64,000 nucleotides of DNA from an uncultured Verrucomicrobia subdivision 3 bacterium (lineage in GTDB: Bacteria; Verrucomicrobiota; Verrucomicrobiia; Limisphaerales; UBA11358), in contig CAIXUZ010000022.1 of the NCBI GenBank assembly GCA_903922735.1, positions 8,997-72,996 of the forward strand, given 5' to 3'. Positions 53,435 through 62,616 of the stretch are shown here, one piece after another. Positions within the stretch are counted from its first letter, which is position 1. The number at the start of each line of letters is the position of its first letter. A program made the position numbers and the translations under genes. The notes under the pieces were generated by a model that did no database searches, had not been told where the DNA came from, and saw only the letters and a list, made by a program, of their open reading frames with translations.

Positions 53435-54220
53435 TCAAAATCCGGCGAGATCCGTGAATACTTTTACCGGCGACTGCGGCGGGCGGGATTGGATGACGCG
53501 GGCCAGCGGGGTTCGGCCGGATGGTTGGATGGATTCCCGGAACGCCGCTTCCTTGCCGGCGCCGGAAACCAAAGCCCAAACCTGCCGGGCGTCGGCGATC
53601 GCGGTGTAGCTTAATGAAATCCGGCGCGGCGGCGGCTTGGGTGAGTTTTCCACCGGCAAAAATGGGGCCGGGGAGTTCAGCGTTTTTGGATCCGCGTTCG
53701 GAAATTGCGAGGCGATGTGTCCGTCCTCGCCCATGCCTAACAAAACCAGATCGAGCCTGGAAGCGCCGGCATCCTTGCCGGCGAGAAGCCGCGTCTCACT
53801 TCCCGACTCGCCGGCAGGGATGCCGGCGCTCCCGGCGAAGCGGCGAAGTTCCGCTTCCGCAATTTTCACCGCCTCGGCGGGCAGAATTTCTCCGCGCAGC
53901 CGGTGAATCTTTTCGGCGCCAATCTTCAGCGGCAAAAGTAAAAGCTCGTTCGCCAGCTTGAAATTGCTGTCCGGATCGGTCGGCGGCACGCAGCGTTCGT
54001 CCGCCCAGAAAAAATGGACGTTGCCGAAAGAGATCTGCCGCTGTCCGGCTAGCTCGACGGCGGCGGTGAAGCATCGTTGCAGGATCCGCCCGCCGGAAAG
54101 CGCGACGCAAGGCGGCTTGCCCGCGCGGTTGGCCGTTTCGATTTCATCCAGCCACGCGCTGGCGGCCGCGCGGGCCAGTTCATCCGCGCTGGCGAAGGAA
54201 AGGAGATCAAAATTTGTCAT
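53435..54220 (-). CDS. pgl: 6-phosphogluconolactonase (DevB type)
   Basis: VALSGGRI, DERCVPPTDPDSNF, LVLLGMGEDGHIASQFP. It is located directly downstream of zwf. Confidence 0.85.
   Translation of the reverse strand: MTNFDLLSFASADELARAAASAWLDEIETANRAGKPPCVALSGGRILQRCFTAAVELAGQRQISFGNVHFFWADERCVPPTDPDSNFKLANELLLLPLKIGAEKIHRLRGEILPAEAVKIAEAELRRFAGSAGIPAGESGSETRLLAGKDAGASRLDLVLLGMGEDGHIASQFPNADPKTLNSPAPFLPVENSPKPPPRRISLSYTAIADARQVWALVSGAGKEAAFRESIQPSGRTPLARVIQSRPPQSPVKVFTDLAGF
53763..53829. repeat. 67-nt palindromic element inserted in frame in pgl
   Basis: The 23-nt arms gcgccggcatccttgccggcgag and ctcgccggcagggatgccggcgc match at 22 of 23 positions and are separated by 21 nt. The element encodes the extra segment AGSAGIPAGESGSETRLLAGKDAGAS. 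Confidence 0.65.
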
Positions 54221-54226
54221 CGGGAT

Positions 54227-55783
54227 TCATTTGATCGCCTGCGGTTCATGCCAGGTGTGTCCGAGTTGCGACAGCAAATCGTCGGCGGCAATCGGGCCCC
54301 AGGTGCCGGCGGCGTAAAATTCGCGATTCGTCAGCGCCTTGCCTTCCCAGCCGGCGCGGATGGAGTCCACGATCTGCCAGGCCGTCTCCACCTCGTCGCG
54401 GCGGATGAAGAGCGTGGCATCGCCGGCGATGGCTTCGAGCAGCAACCGCTCGTAAGCTTCCGGCGTATAGGCGCCGAACTCGGTGTTATAGCTGAAATTC
54501 ATCCGCACCGGTCGCGCGCCCAGGGTGGTGCCGGGAATTTTGCCGTTGAACCGCAGGGAAATCCCTTCATCCGGCTGGAGCCGGAGCGTCAGGGCATTGG
54601 CGTCCAGATTGTTTCCGCACTGCGCGGCGAACAGGACGTTCGGGGTCGGACGGAATTGGATCCGCACTTCGCTCGCGCTCAGGGGAAGATTCTTTCCGGT
54701 GCGGAGATAAAACGGCACGCCGCTCCAGCGCCAGTTGTCGATGAGCAGCTTCATGGCGACGTAGGTTTCCACGTTGGAATCCGGCTTCACCTTCGTTTCC
54801 TGCCGGTAGCCGGGGCGGGGGTCCCCGCCGACGTTGCCGGCGAAGTATTGGCCGCGCACAATCTGCTTCGCCACGTCCGCCGCCGAAAGCGCGCGGATGG
54901 ATTTGAGCAGCTTCACTTTTTCGTCGCGCACGGCCTCGGCCTCGAGCGACACCGGCGGTTCCATGGCGATGAGCGACAGCACCTGCAGCATGTGGTTCTG
55001 CACCATGTCGCGCAGCGCCCCGGCCTCCTCGTAATAGCCGCCGCGCTCGCCCACGCCGAGCTTTTCGCTGACGGTGATCTGGACGTGATCCACGGAATTG
55101 CGGTTCCAGAGCTTCTCGAAAATGGAGTTGGAAAACCGGAACATCAAAATGTTCTGCACCGTTTCCTTGCCCAGATAATGGTCGATCCGGAATACCTGCT
55201 GCTCGTGCGCGTAGCGCGTCAGTTCGCGGTTGAGCGCGTGCGCCGACGCCAGGTCGTGGCCGAACGGCTTCTCCACCACGATGCGCTGCCAGCCGGTGCT
55301 TTCCTTGTTCAACAAGCCGGTGTGGTGGATTTGTTCGACCACGTCGCCGAACTGGCTCGGGGAAACGGCCAGGTAAAATAAAATGTTTTCGCGCAATGGC
55401 CCGCTGCCGAAGGAGGTTAACTGCGCCTCCAGCTTCTGGTACGCGGCCTCATCGGTCAGGTCGCCCTGGCAATAGGAAAGATTTTCGGCGAAGGCGTGCC
55501 AGACCTTGTCATCCACCGGCTTGGTGCGGGAAAACTGGTCAAGCGCCGCGCGCAGTTCCGCGCGCCACGAGGCATCGGTCTTTTCGCGCCGGGCGAAGCC
55601 GATGACCCGGAACGACGGCGGCATCTGCTTGTCCTTGAACAGATGGTAGAACGCGGGAATCAGCTTGCGCGCGGTCAGATCGCCGCTCGCACCGAAGATG
55701 ACAATGGTGCAGGGCATAAGCGGTTTGCGCTCGGACCCAATGTCGCCGTGGCAAAATTCAACCTCCGGATTCGCGTTTATCAT
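54227..55783 (-). CDS. zwf: Glucose-6-phosphate 1-dehydrogenase
   Basis: IVIFGASGDLTARKL, FRIDHYLGKETVQNI, EKPFGHDL. The ATG at 55783 lies inside the track ORF 54227-55966. Confidence 0.92.
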   Translation of the reverse strand: MINANPEVEFCHGDIGSERKPLMPCTIVIFGASGDLTARKLIPAFYHLFKDKQMPPSFRVIGFARREKTDASWRAELRAALDQFSRTKPVDDKVWHAFAENLSYCQGDLTDEAAYQKLEAQLTSFGSGPLRENILFYLAVSPSQFGDVVEQIHHTGLLNKESTGWQRIVVEKPFGHDLASAHALNRELTRYAHEQQVFRIDHYLGKETVQNILMFRFSNSIFEKLWNRNSVDHVQITVSEKLGVGERGGYYEEAGALRDMVQNHMLQVLSLIAMEPPVSLEAEAVRDEKVKLLKSIRALSAADVAKQIVRGQYFAGNVGGDPRPGYRQETKVKPDSNVETYVAMKLLIDNWRWSGVPFYLRTGKNLPLSASEVRIQFRPTPNVLFAAQCGNNLDANALTLRLQPDEGISLRFNGKIPGTTLGARPVRMNFSYNTEFGAYTPEAYERLLLEAIAGDATLFIRRDEVETAWQIVDSIRAGWEGKALTNREFYAAGTWGPIAADDLLSQLGHTWHEPQAIK

Positions 55784-55815
55784 GACCGCCACTCTCGCGC
55801 AAAAGACGGCGGATT

Positions 55816-56055
55816 TCAACCTTGCTTGTGAACGGGGGTCACGTCGGCGAGGGGGGCGGGTTTTTCCTGCAGGCGGCGGAGCTGGTTTTCCAGTTGCGTC
55901 ACGCGGCTGCTGAGCCGCTCCAGAATTTTTCGCGTCTCGGCGGGAACGGTCACGCAGTCTTCGCAATGGTGGCGCGTGGCGGCGCTGCCCTTGACGGGAT
56001 ATTCAAATTTCTTGCCGCAGGCGCGGCAGGTGCGTTGGCGTTCTCCAGAGGCCAT
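55816..56055 (-). CDS. Small zinc-ribbon-like protein (79 aa)
   Basis: Contains CRACGKKF...HHCEDC (CxxC ... CxxC). Coding status is uncertain. Confidence 0.4.
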   Translation of the reverse strand: MASGERQRTCRACGKKFEYPVKGSAATRHHCEDCVTVPAETRKILERLSSRVTQLENQLRRLQEKPAPLADVTPVHKQG

Positions 56056-56059
56056 AAAA

Positions 56060-57631
56060 TTATCTTTGCCGCTTTTCCAGATCGGTGACGGCGCTGGTCA
56101 CGCCGCCGTCCATCAGCAGGCGGCGTTCCTTGGAGCGCGTTTCGCCCACGGCGGTGACGCGGATCGCCGCTTCATCGGTCACCGGGCATTCGTGCTCGCA
56201 AATCCCGCAGCCGATGCACAGCGCCGGGTCCACGTAAGGCCGGCGCAGCGTGATGGGATTCCCGTCGCGCTTGGTGATGGTGACTTCCCGCGAATAAATC
56301 GCCTTGGGCGACACCGGGCAAACTTCCTCGCAGACCACGCACGGCGTTTCCATGCTCCACGGCAGGCAGCGGCCATAATCGTAAAACGCGGTGCCCAGCT
56401 TGATCGGACCTTCCTTCTCGAACGGGCCGGTGCCGGTCTTCTCTTCAATCGTGATGCGCTGGATCGCGCCGGTCGGACACACCTGGCCGCAGAGCGTGCA
56501 GTTCACTTCGCAGAAGCCGAGCTTCATGTTGAGGATCGGCGTCCAGATGCCTTCGATGCCGGATTCCATCAGCGCGGGCTGCAGCACGTTCGTCGGGCAG
56601 GTGCGGATGCATTGGTCGCATTTGATGCAGCGGTCGAGAAAATCCTTTTCCGCCACCGAGCCGGGCGGGCGGATGACCTTCTTGTCGTAGTTGCGGTCGC
56701 TCGCGCCGGAGGTCCGGCCGAAGGCATAAAAACCGAGGCCGATCAGCGTGCCCAGAAATGCGCGGCGGCCCGGCACCACGGGCGCGGTGACTTCGCGTTT
56801 TAACTCCGGCATGAACTTGAACGAGATCGCATCTTCCGGGCAGTCCTCAATGCAGTTGAAGCAGACAAAGCACTCGCTCTTGCGCAATTGCGTGTGCGGG
56901 TCGGACGCGCCTTCGCAGCTTTTCAGGCACAGGTCGCAATCCACGCATTTGGTCGGGTCCCGGTCGATGCGCCAGAGCGAGGCCACCGACAGCGTGCCGA
57001 GAAACGCGCCGAGCGGACACAGCACGCGGCAGAAAAAGCGCGGGATGATGACGTTCATGCCGACCAGGAACAGGAGGATGAAGCCGATGATCCACGCGCC
57101 GACATGGAAATATTGCCGGACGTAGATGCTTGACGGCACCAGCAGGTTGATGAGCGGCAGGATCACCGTGCTCATCGAGCGGTGAAACAGGCAGATGGGA
57201 TCGAGCCAGCCGATTTGGAGCGTGCCGCCGATGGCCGCCGCGATCATCGCGATGAGGATGACGTATTTCAGCGAATACAATTTCTGGTAGCGGTTGGCCT
57301 CGATGCGCTCGCGCTCCTCCGCGCGGCGCTTGCCGAGCAGCCAGCCGGTGACGTGATGCAAAATGCCGTAGGGGCAGATCCAGTTGCAGAAAATCCGGCC
57401 GAACAGCAGCGTCGGCAATATCAGCAGCAGACTCCACAACAGGCCCATGTAGACCGTGTGCGTGGTGATGGCCGTGGCGAAGGCGACCAGCGGATCGAGT
57501 TCAAGGAACAGCGAGACCGGATAGCCTTTCAAATAGCGCAGGTCGGTGATGAAGACAAAAAACAGGAACAGGCTGAAAAAGAAAACCTGCGCCACGCGCC
57601 GGGTGTTGCGAAGGGTGAGCAGGTTTTTCAT
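56060..57631 (-). CDS. Membrane-bound polyferredoxin (NapH/MauN-like 4Fe-4S binding protein)
   Basis: Several transmembrane segments plus at least six CxxCxxCxxxCP-type motifs (CVDCDLCLKSC, CFVCFNCIEDCP, CIKCDQCIRTCP, CTLCGQVCP, CVVCEEVCP, CIGCGICEHECP). ATG at 57631. Confidence 0.8.
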   Translation of the reverse strand: MKNLLTLRNTRRVAQVFFFSLFLFFVFITDLRYLKGYPVSLFLELDPLVAFATAITTHTVYMGLLWSLLLILPTLLFGRIFCNWICPYGILHHVTGWLLGKRRAEERERIEANRYQKLYSLKYVILIAMIAAAIGGTLQIGWLDPICLFHRSMSTVILPLINLLVPSSIYVRQYFHVGAWIIGFILLFLVGMNVIIPRFFCRVLCPLGAFLGTLSVASLWRIDRDPTKCVDCDLCLKSCEGASDPHTQLRKSECFVCFNCIEDCPEDAISFKFMPELKREVTAPVVPGRRAFLGTLIGLGFYAFGRTSGASDRNYDKKVIRPPGSVAEKDFLDRCIKCDQCIRTCPTNVLQPALMESGIEGIWTPILNMKLGFCEVNCTLCGQVCPTGAIQRITIEEKTGTGPFEKEGPIKLGTAFYDYGRCLPWSMETPCVVCEEVCPVSPKAIYSREVTITKRDGNPITLRRPYVDPALCIGCGICEHECPVTDEAAIRVTAVGETRSKERRLLMDGGVTSAVTDLEKRQR

Positions 57632-58298
57632 GGGGCGAATTTTCACCAGCTGGCCCGGCAAATCAAATCATTTTTCTGACATTACTTTGGGCGCACGTTC
57701 CGGTTCTGGACAAAAACACAGCCATGAAACATCATCGGTTTGTTCCCGGAATAGGCCGACCGGCTTGCCATGGATCTTTATCAACATAGGAATCCACACG
57801 CGCTGGTGAGTTGGACCCGCATGGCTCGCTACTTGGATCTGGCGTTCGAATTCAAAAAGTTGGCGCTGGGGCTGGACTCACCCAACCCTCTGCCCGAAAA
57901 GATCACCTACGACTATGAGTTAACCGGCCTCAAGCGCGGCTATGCCCATTTGCTGGATCCCGCGCCGCCCGCCGCCGCCCCGGTGTTGCCGGTGGTTCCA
58001 GTTGGCCCGCCCGCAGTTATTATTGGTGGGGCGAGTGTCCCCGCGAGCCGTCTTCCCTCGAACTCCGCTGCGATGCCCCTCCCGCGCTGCGATGCCTGGA
58101 GCCGCTGGGCCAGACAAATGCGGCAGCAAAGCGGATACGGCTGAGGCCTTCTTTGGCCGGCCGGAACCCAACGGGGTTTATTGGGTGGATTAACCAAAAA
58201 ATAAGCGTCAAATGTCAAATAATGGTTGGTTGAAATCAGGATTCGATGTCAGTGGTTAAGGGTTCATTTTATGATGTAAAAACCAGCTTGTAAGCCAA

Positions 58299-60035
58299 GT
58301 GATGAAAAAGCATTTCCCCTCCATTTATCAGCGGTTTTTCGTAATCCCCTGGGTTGGTTTCGTCGCGCTTCTGGCTTTGGGTTCCGGCGTCTGGGTGTCG
58401 TCCGTCGGGGCCAGCGATCCCCCGCATGATACCGTGGCCGGTTGTGGTAGTTGCCACATGGCGCACCATGCTGCCGGACCAACGCTGACGACCAATGCCG
58501 TTATTGCTAATTTGTGCATGAGTTGCCATACGTCCGGCGGCTCGGCCTCAGGCCGGGCGTTTGCGTCCGTGGATCAAGCTCTGACCTGGCCTGGGGCGGG
58601 GACCAATGCCGCGGGCACCTCCCATCGGTGGGATTCCGGTGCGGCCGGGCGCCTGCAATTCGTTGGCGGCGCGGTGACGCCCTCAACGGGAATGATTACG
58701 CCGGCTGGCGCTTATGCCGGCTATTACGCCCGGACTTACACGATTCAAATCCAGTCGTCCGGCATGGTCGGCGCCGCGCAGTTTTCCTGGTCCGCCGCCG
58801 CGTTCGGCGGCGGTGCCGGAACCAATCTGACTGGCACCAACGTGCTGCTGGATTCGGGTATTTACCTCTCGTTTGCCGACGGCACCAACACTTCATTTTC
58901 GGCCGGCGATCAATGGAATTTATTTGTCCGTCCCGATCTGCGGAATCCGACGAACACCGATTTGCTGGTGCGCTTGCTGAATGGCACGGCGGCCTGTTAC
59001 ACCTGCCATGATCAGCACAGTGAGGCCCTGCCGCCGTTTGATCCTCTGGCACAGCCTTACACCACGAATCTGGCCGGCACCTTCATTGGCACCAACCGCC
59101 ATTTCATGCGCATTGCCAACGACACGCACCAGATGTGCAACGACTGCCACGCCTCGCGTGCGGTGACGAATGCCATTTTGGGATCGCATCCGGTGGGGAT
59201 TTTCTTCGCCACCAACGCCTATTACCAGCGGCCCGCACTGCTGCCGGTCGAAGTCGGCACCACCAATCTGGGTTGCCTGACCTGTCATAAAATTCACCGC
59301 GCTCCGGATGGCGACGGCAAATTGCTTCGGCTGGTCGGCAGCATTTCCCTCTGCACCGACTGCCATACGCTTGCGGCCACCAATTCGGCGCATTTTTCCG
59401 CGACCAACATCGCGACTCTCTGGCCCGGTGGCAAATACGGCTCGCTCATGCCGGCGCGCACCGATGTGAATGACCAGGGCACCTGCTTGAATTGCCATGC
59501 GGTTCACGGCTGGCCGGATGCGGCGAATCCCACGAATCATTACCCGCATTTGCTCGCCGATTATCAGGAGAATTTCTGTTACACCTGCCACGGCACCAAT
59601 GCCGCCGCCGGCGTCAAAGTGGTGCAAACCGCCTTCACCAATATTTATCACCATCCCGTGGCCAATAACGATCCGTATCGCCGGCCCGGCCGGTCGGTGG
59701 AATGCGTGGACTGCCACAATCCCCATAAAGCGAGGGCCGGGTCGCATGTTTACTCCGCTACCGCCACCCAATACCGTAACGCCATCACCAACACGCCTTC
59801 GCTCCTTGGGGTGGACGGCGTCGCCTTTAATTACAGCGCCCTGACCAACTATCAGGGGGTGATGACGAATCTTTACACTTACATTACAGACACCACTGGG
59901 GCGAGTTTCGAATACCAAATCTGTTTCAAGTGCCATACCGGTTACAGTTTTCCCGGCTACACGGCTGGCACCGCTAACTTCACCAATGGCAGTGCTGTGG
60001 TTACTGGCAACAGCACGGCTTGGACCACGAACTGA
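58299..60035 (+). CDS. Secreted decahaem c-type cytochrome; its 3' end is apparently cut by a frameshift
   Basis: Signal/transmembrane segment plus ten CxxCH motifs (CGSCH, CMSCH, CYTCH, CNDCH, CLTCH, CTDCH, CLNCH, CYTCH, CVDCH, CFKCH). Confidence 0.85.
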   Translation: MMKKHFPSIYQRFFVIPWVGFVALLALGSGVWVSSVGASDPPHDTVAGCGSCHMAHHAAGPTLTTNAVIANLCMSCHTSGGSASGRAFASVDQALTWPGAGTNAAGTSHRWDSGAAGRLQFVGGAVTPSTGMITPAGAYAGYYARTYTIQIQSSGMVGAAQFSWSAAAFGGGAGTNLTGTNVLLDSGIYLSFADGTNTSFSAGDQWNLFVRPDLRNPTNTDLLVRLLNGTAACYTCHDQHSEALPPFDPLAQPYTTNLAGTFIGTNRHFMRIANDTHQMCNDCHASRAVTNAILGSHPVGIFFATNAYYQRPALLPVEVGTTNLGCLTCHKIHRAPDGDGKLLRLVGSISLCTDCHTLAATNSAHFSATNIATLWPGGKYGSLMPARTDVNDQGTCLNCHAVHGWPDAANPTNHYPHLLADYQENFCYTCHGTNAAAGVKVVQTAFTNIYHHPVANNDPYRRPGRSVECVDCHNPHKARAGSHVYSATATQYRNAITNTPSLLGVDGVAFNYSALTNYQGVMTNLYTYITDTTGASFEYQICFKCHTGYSFPGYTAGTANFTNGSAVVTGNSTAWTTN

Positions 60036-60373
60036 TTGGCATGTGGCTGGCCAATACGAATGACACCCGGACGTATGTCGTCGCCGGGGTCGCGAGTGCC
60101 ACGAGTCTGACCATCACTCCGGTCTATGCCGGCGCCAATGTCGCCGGGCAGTCTTATTTCCTGCAAAATCCCACCGCCGGCCTGACCACTTATTACAGCG
60201 CGGGCACCACGACTTTCACGCCCGGTAGCACCGCCGTGACCGGCAGCGGCACCAGTTGGAATAGCGGCATGATTGGTTCCTGGATTTACGGCAGCAACAA
60301 TCCGGCGGTGCTCTATAAAATCATCGCCGTCGGCAGTCCCACCACCCTGACCATTTCCCCGGCCTACAAATGA
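60020..60373 (+). pseudogene. Out-of-frame continuation of the cytochrome gene (C-terminal repeat domain)
   Basis: The repeat FTxGSxxVTGxxTxW..(L/M)IGxW...LTI(T/S)PxY occurs once intact (FTPGSTAVTGSGTSWNSGMIGSWIYG...LTISPAYK) and once split across the 60033 stop (FTNGSAVVTGNSTAWTTN* / ELIGMWLAN...LTITPVYAG). Confidence 0.6.
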
Positions 60374-62616
60374 AAAGCGCCATGTGTATCCCAAAACCAA
60401 TGAATCGCCCCGTCAGCATGTTGAATCGCCTTGCCTGCTGCCTGGTGATGGCGATGGGAGTTGGACTGTTTGCTGGAAATCTTCAGGCGGCGATCGCCCA
60501 GCGGGGAACGGCGACGACGGCCACCGTCACCACCGGCACGAGTTTGACGGTCAATAAGCCGTCCGGTGTGGTGGCCGGTGATGTGATGATTGCCAGCATC
60601 GCGCAATACGCCGGCAGCGCCGGCAGCGCGGCCGGTTTGTCTGGTTGGACCGCCGTCACCAACGGCTCGCTCGGCGGCTCCACGTCACGCTACGGCACCC
60701 TCCTGTATAAAGTCGCCGGCGCTGCGGAACCCTCCAGCTACACGTTCACCCTGACGCCGAGCGTCAGCGGCGCCGTCGGTGATATTGTGGCATTTTCCGG
60801 TGTGGATAACGCCAGTCCGCTGGATGTCCCCGTGGCCGGTTTTACTTCCTCCACCACGTCGAATATCACCGCCACCGCCATCACCACGGTGACGCCCGGC
60901 GCGGCGGCCATCATGTTCGGCCTGACCGCGAGCATGGCCTCCAGCACCACGGGCGCGACATGGAACAATTCCGGCTGGTCGGCCGGGCTGACGGAAATAT
61001 TTGACAGTCAGGGGAGTGGCACCGGCACCAGCGCCACCTCGATCGGCGCGGCTTGGAAAACCCTCATCGCCGCCGGCACCACCGGCGCGGGGGCGGCGGT
61101 GACCTCCACCAATATGCAGCGCGGCGCCGGCGTGTGGGTCGCGTTGCGGGCGCAGGCCAACGCCGCCAACGCCGCCAATTCCACCGTGGCCGCCGCGCCG
61201 GCTACCGTGGCCGCCGATGGGGTCACCGCCTCCACCGTCACCGTCACCTTGAAGGACAGCGGCGGCGCGGCAGTTTGGGGCAAGACCGTGTCGCTCATTT
61301 CGAGCCGGGGCGCAGCGGATGCGGTTTCGCCGGGATCAGGCGCATCCGGTGTGAACGGCGTGATCGCTTTCGCCGTGAGATCCGCGACCCCCGGCTCATC
61401 GGTGTTCACCGCCACCAATGCGACCGACGGCCTGACGGTCAACCAGACCGCCTCGGTGAACTTTCTGGCGGGCACCAACAAGGACTTTCTGGTTTTCGGC
61501 GCCAACTACCTCGGCAGCAGTGCCGTCATCAATCCCGGCGCCGCGACGGTCGCGTGGACGGTTCCGAATGGCTCGACGGTAAGCAGTCTGTCCCCGGCTT
61601 ATGTGCTTTCCACTTCCGCAACCGGTTCGCCGGTGTCCGGGTCGGTTTTGGATTTCACCACGCCGCAGAATTACACCCTCACGGCGCAGGACGGCTCGAC
61701 CAGGATTTACACCGTCGCCGTCACCGTGGCTCCGCCGAGTCCGGCCAAGGATATTCTGGCGTTCGGCACCAATTACGCCGGCAGCAGCGCCGTCATCAAT
61801 ACCAACGCGGGCACCATTGCGTGGACGCTGGCGGCGGGTTGGCCGCTGACGGGTCTCTCGCCGGTTTATACCATTTCATTGTTTGCGTCGGGCGCGCCCG
61901 CGTCCGGCACGACCCGCGATTTCACTTCACCGCAGATTTATGCCATCACGGCGCAGGATGGTTCCTCCAAGAATTACACGGTGACGGCCTCCAATGCCAT
62001 CGGCGCGCAGACCTATGGTATTTCTCTGGACACGGACCTCGCCCAGGAATTTAGCCCGATGAATCGCTCCGGTCATCCGATTATGACCGGTTTGACCAAC
62101 TATCCGAATTCGCTCGCCCCCAAGGCGCTCGGCACGAATGCGATGAAAGCCCCGTGGATCGTCAACGTCGGCTCCCAGACCATGCTCTGCTCCGATTGCC
62201 ATGACGCCACCACGACGAATTACAATCCCGCCGCCGCGCAAGGCCCGCACGGATCTGCCGGCCAGTACATGCTGCGCGGTCCGAACGGCAACAACTGGCC
62301 CGCCGTCACCCTGGCCAACATCTCCCAGAGTTGGTGCGCCAATTGCCACAATAGCTCCAATGCCGCCCACAGCGAGGGCAATCACAGCGGCTTCTTTTGT
62401 TACCAGTGTCACATCGTGGTCCCGCACGGCGGCAAGGTGTCGCGGCTCATGGCCACCCGGGGCAGTAGCTTGCCCGCTCGCTACGCCTGGCAGAACAATA
62501 CTAATAACGTGTCAATCAGCGTCTTTCGTAAGGCCGCCACCTACGGCCAGAACGGTTATTGCAACGCCTCATGCTATCACGGTAATGCGGTAACCGTGAA
62601 CCCGGAGAACTGGTGA
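60370..62616 (+). CDS. Secreted 748-aa protein: Big_1-like Ig domain, two ~88-aa tandem beta-sandwich repeats, C-terminal trihaem module
   Basis: It has a signal peptide. The Ig-like region reads NSTVAAAPATVAADGVTASTVTVTLKD. The tandem repeats read KD(F/I)L.FG.NY.GSSAVIN...YT.TAQDGS..YTV. The CxxCH motifs are CSDCH, CANCH and CYQCH. Confidence 0.75.
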   Translation: MKSAMCIPKPMNRPVSMLNRLACCLVMAMGVGLFAGNLQAAIAQRGTATTATVTTGTSLTVNKPSGVVAGDVMIASIAQYAGSAGSAAGLSGWTAVTNGSLGGSTSRYGTLLYKVAGAAEPSSYTFTLTPSVSGAVGDIVAFSGVDNASPLDVPVAGFTSSTTSNITATAITTVTPGAAAIMFGLTASMASSTTGATWNNSGWSAGLTEIFDSQGSGTGTSATSIGAAWKTLIAAGTTGAGAAVTSTNMQRGAGVWVALRAQANAANAANSTVAAAPATVAADGVTASTVTVTLKDSGGAAVWGKTVSLISSRGAADAVSPGSGASGVNGVIAFAVRSATPGSSVFTATNATDGLTVNQTASVNFLAGTNKDFLVFGANYLGSSAVINPGAATVAWTVPNGSTVSSLSPAYVLSTSATGSPVSGSVLDFTTPQNYTLTAQDGSTRIYTVAVTVAPPSPAKDILAFGTNYAGSSAVINTNAGTIAWTLAAGWPLTGLSPVYTISLFASGAPASGTTRDFTSPQIYAITAQDGSSKNYTVTASNAIGAQTYGISLDTDLAQEFSPMNRSGHPIMTGLTNYPNSLAPKALGTNAMKAPWIVNVGSQTMLCSDCHDATTTNYNPAAAQGPHGSAGQYMLRGPNGNNWPAVTLANISQSWCANCHNSSNAAHSEGNHSGFFCYQCHIVVPHGGKVSRLMATRGSSLPARYAWQNNTNNVSISVFRKAATYGQNGYCNASCYHGNAVTVNPENW

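Noticed and set aside
51364-55381. Plus-strand ORFs 51364-52155, 52121-53176 and 54077-55381 opposite manA, accA and zwf
   Set aside because: They are antisense shadows. The minus-strand genes have strong family signatures.
57770-58144. 124-aa Pro/Ala-rich ORF between the polyferredoxin and cytochrome genes
   Set aside because: It is low-complexity, has no motif, and is overlapped by several equally long alternative-frame ORFs. I cannot support it as a gene.
58920-62427. ORFs 58920-59936(-), 61053-62054(+), 61008-61505(-) and 61927-62427(-) overlapping the cytochrome and Ig-repeat genes
   Set aside because: They are off-frame or antisense products with R/G-rich junk composition. The annotated frames carry CxxCH motifs and repeats.
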